This document shows, one piece after another, positions 33,654 through 36,646 of a stretch of 36,646 bases of DNA (position 1 is its first letter; the number at the start of each line of letters is the position of its first letter). The DNA lies in assembly GCF_004010195.1 (NCBI RefSeq), contig NC_057717.1, positions 102,417,002 to 102,453,647 on the forward strand, written 5' to 3'. The notes below the pieces were generated by a model that was not told the DNA's origin, made no database searches, and worked only from the letters and a program-made list of their open reading frames with translations. A program made the position numbers and the translations under genes. The DNA is from Chiloscyllium plagiosum. Its lineage: Eukaryota.

Positions 33654-34029
33654 CGGATGCTGTCACATGACCACAGACTTTGTGCACTGTAGTGCTCAGA
33701 ACACAGATTGTGCCCAGAAATACTGGACGTTGTAAATATTAATTCAGCTGAAAATAAACCCACCAGAGATGCTTAAGTAAACAGAATCCAAATTAACAAG
33801 ATAGTAGCAATACACAATGGGTGATGGGCATTTTATTTACATTTAAAAATAAGCAAGAAGGCTCTCAAGTAGAACTCAGGCCTGACATGCCTGAAAACCA
33901 GCAGCAACATCAGCAAACAATGAAATTCCAGACAGAAATCAGCAGAATCTCACATTTCCTCGCAAACTATATCTTCAAATTGGCCTGTTTTGTGCAGATT
34001 ATCAGCAGGCTCAAACCTTACCGATCTAA

Positions 34030-34262
34030 GGCATTTTCTCCAACAGTGAAGCGCTCTTGAAATGTGGCCACTGATGTAACACAGGAAAACACAGCAGCCA
34101 ATCTGTGCACAAGCAGCAAGGTGACAACGAGCAGGTGACCGGCTTCAGTGACGCTCGCTGGGTTGATGGGGAGATATTGGTCAAGCCTGCCTTGGAAACA
34201 CACCAGCTTTCCTTTGCAGTCGTGCTGTGGGAACATTGCATGCACCTAAACGATGCTCTCTC
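34030..34262 (-). mobile_element. Degraded Deu-type SINE fragment
   Basis: CACTGATGTAA..AGGAAA..GCAGCCAATCTGTGCACA..GGTTGA..GATATTGG resembles the 3' half of the shark DeuSINE. Confidence 0.5.
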
Positions 34263-34459
34263 TCACCTGGTATTGTCCCCTTTAACATCATCGACCATTC
34301 TTCAAAATAATTCACCTCTGATCCCCTTCTTTTGAAAATACAGCCCCATCTCCAATGTGACTGCTCTTTCCAAACTCCTTGAACATATTCCATTTTCTTG
34401 AAATCTAAGTTGAATCATCTTCAAATTACATTGTGCACCTTACTGAGGCAAATACTTTC

Positions 34460-35085
34460 TGAAATAACTCCAGTATTTCAAATCACCATTTATTTTCATG
34501 TTCACAGCCTGGCCAGCCAGTTCACAGCCAGTCCTTAGAGTGAGGAGAATCCTGTTTATTTTATTTTTCTTTCGTGTAAGAACTTTATTCAATATTTCTA
34601 CCACCAGGAGGTAACACTCACATGGCCAGGGAATCAGTAACAGGCAAAGCCCACCGAGAATGGGCAATGCTTATGTAAAAATCAAAATGAAGGGGAAGGA
34701 TAGGGATTAAGTCAAAATAAAGTTGGAGGGGAAATACACCACTGAACTCCCCACAGTGCCCAACTCTCCTTAGCCACATTGAGAGGGTTGGTGGACACTG
34801 CATGGTCCTTCTCTAAGGAGACCCAGGCACGGACGTAACCATAGAAGAGGGGCAGGTAGTCAGCAGAGATGACCTCCTCCATAGCCCACTGCCTGGGTTT
34901 GCTTACAGAGACAAACAAACTGCAGATGCTGGAATCCAAGCCTCCTGGATGGGCGTACAACAAGCCTGGAGACTCCTGTTTCTATCTGTCAGGCCGGACT
35001 TCCTGACTGGACCAGATTACCAGCCCCAATTTGGGAACTCATACTTAGTGATATCCACCTGGCCAAACTCATTCCAATCATGACA
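34460..35085 (-). mobile_element. Solo-LTR-like element, copy 3, split by a Tx1-type LINE
   Basis: TG...CA ends (TGAAATAACTCC ... TTCCAATCATGACA); the halves are joined across the insert by duplicated TCCTGTTT (34550-34557, 34974-34981). Confidence 0.65.
34558..34903 (-). mobile_element. Tx1-clade (L1 group) retrotransposon 3' end
   Basis: ORF 34712..34963 RQWAMEEVISADYLPLFYGYVRAWVSLEKDHAVST..ESWA resembles the Tx1 ORF2 C-terminus (recalled pattern CLPLFRGYVRARVSLE.EHAVST..RWA); followed by AATAAA and an A-rich tail. Confidence 0.7.
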
Positions 35086-35376
35086 CTGAAGGTACGGCGA
35101 TATATTTCCAAGTCGGGATGATGGGTGGATTGGAGGGGAGCTTACAGGGGCTGGCATTCCCATGTATCTGCTGCACCTGTTGCACTGTCGTCTGGTTCAA
35201 AGTTACAGGCCAAACGTGCTGTCGATTTGCACCAATGCAGAATTCAAATGTGAGCTCTGAGCTGAGAGGTACTGACTGGTCAGCAAACTAGACAGTTCCG
35301 TTTTTCAGTTGTGGTTTTGGACAAAGTGAATCAAGTGCAAATGTTGATGTCTCATACATCAGGTCATCAAACTTTT

Positions 35377-36646
35377 GGTCAGGCACAGGGTTAGGGTCAG
35401 GGTTAAGCTCAAGGTCAGTATCAAGGTTAAGGTTAGGGTTAGGATCAAGGTCAGGATTAGGGTCAGGGTAAGGATTGGAATCAGGGTCAGGGTCAGGATT
35501 GGGGTTAAGGTCAGGGTCAAGCTTAGGGTCAGACTCAGGGTTAAAATCAGGGTCAGTTTTGGGGTTAGGGTAAGGGTTAGGTTTAGGGTCAGGGTTAAGG
35601 TCTGGTTCAGGGTCAGGGTGAGAGTTAGTGTCAGGGCCATGGTCAGGGTTTGGGTTTGCGTTAGTTAGGGTTAGGGTTAGGTTTAGGGTTAGGATTAGGG
35701 TTAGTGTTAGGATTAGGATTATGGTTAGGGTTAGGGTTGGGGTAAGGGTTAGCATTGGAGTCGATACGGTTAGGGTGAGGGTTAGGGTTGTGGTCAGGGT
35801 CAGAGTCGGGTTAGTGCAAGGGTTAGGGTCAGGTTAGTGTCAGGATTAGGGTCAGGATTAAGGTTGAGGTAGGTGTTCGTGTCAGGCTCTGGGTCAGGAT
35901 CAAGGGTAGGGTTAGGGTTAGTGTCAAGGTCAAGGTCAGGGTCAGGGTTAGGGTTCGTGTTAGAGTTTGGGTTAAAGCTGGGATAGGGGTTCGTGTGATG
36001 GTCAGAGTCAAAATTCCATTTAGGGCCACGGATAGGGTTAAGCTTAAGGTTAGGGTCAGGGTCAGGGTTTGGGTTGGGGTCGAGTGTAGTGTCATGTTCT
36101 GGCTCATATTTATGCTTAATGTCAGGGTTATTTATCTCCAGGGTCAGCATTAAGGTCAGGTTGGGAAAGGGGTTTAGGTGAGGGATTAGGATTGAATTTG
36201 GGGTTAGGTTGATAAATCCATTTTTTGGCTAGAGTCTGGATCAGGTTTAGGGTTAGGTTTATGGATAGGGTTAGGGTTAGGTTTAGGGTTAGGGTAAGGT
36301 TTAAGCTTAAGGTTAGAGTCAGGGTCAGGGTCAGGTTTCGGGTCAGGGTTTGTCAGTGTCCGGGTCAGGGTTAGGGTTGAGGTCAGGATCAGAATCAGGA
36401 TTGGGGTTAGGTTCAGGGTCAGGGTTAAAATCAGGGTCAGTTTTGGGGTTAGGGTAAGGGTTAGGTTTCGGGCCAGCTTTAAGGGTCTGGGTCAGGGTCA
36501 GCGTTAGGGTTGGGTCAGGGTTAGGGTAAGGGTTGGGTTAAGGTCAGGGTCAGGGTTAAGGTCAGAGTCAGGGTTAAAATCAGAGTCAGTTTTGGGGTTA
36601 GGGTAAGAGTTAGGGTTAAGGTCAGGATTAGGGTCAAAGTTAGGGT
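35377..36646 (+). repeat. Degenerate telomere-variant repeat array (TTAGGG, TCAGGG, TTAAGG, TCAGGA, TAAGGG, TTGGGG)
   Basis: Hexamer periodicity visible from the first TTAGGG at 35391 to the window end, G-rich strand on plus. Confidence 0.95.

Noticed and set aside
35288..36150. ORFs rich in LT, VR or NP/DP dipeptides
   Set aside because: These are translations of hexameric telomere-like repeats, not evidence of genes.

Overview
Repeat-dominated vertebrate DNA, almost certainly from a cartilaginous fish (shark-type HE1 SINEs plus several CR1 LINE subfamilies). It ends in a degenerate (TTAGGG)n variant array from ~35,377 to the window end, so it is a probable subtelomere or interstitial telomeric site. 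I found no confidently intact host protein-coding gene; nearly all ORF-track entries are transposon fragments or chance frames. Main contents: (1) a 5'-truncated CR1 with esterase-type ORF1 and EN-RT ORF2 (5222-8490, minus) plus many CR1 3' ends; (2) three Rex1/Babar 3' fragments; (3) a heavily decayed Gypsy pol (PR-RT-RNaseH-IN, ~8500-15420, minus) broken up by later insertions; (4) several short Penelope-like insertions with target-site duplications and minimal hammerhead-ribozyme motifs, including a near-perfect hairpin with 230-bp arms (26829-27302) carrying an intact-looking motif on each strand; (5) three copies of one solo-LTR-like family, each carrying a poly(A)-tailed insert whose tail abuts the same TCCTGTT motif beside the LTR TATA box. 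One of these inserts is a Tx1-clade LINE end, suggesting target-specific insertion. All family assignments come from motif recognition by eye, not database searches, and most element boundaries are approximate.
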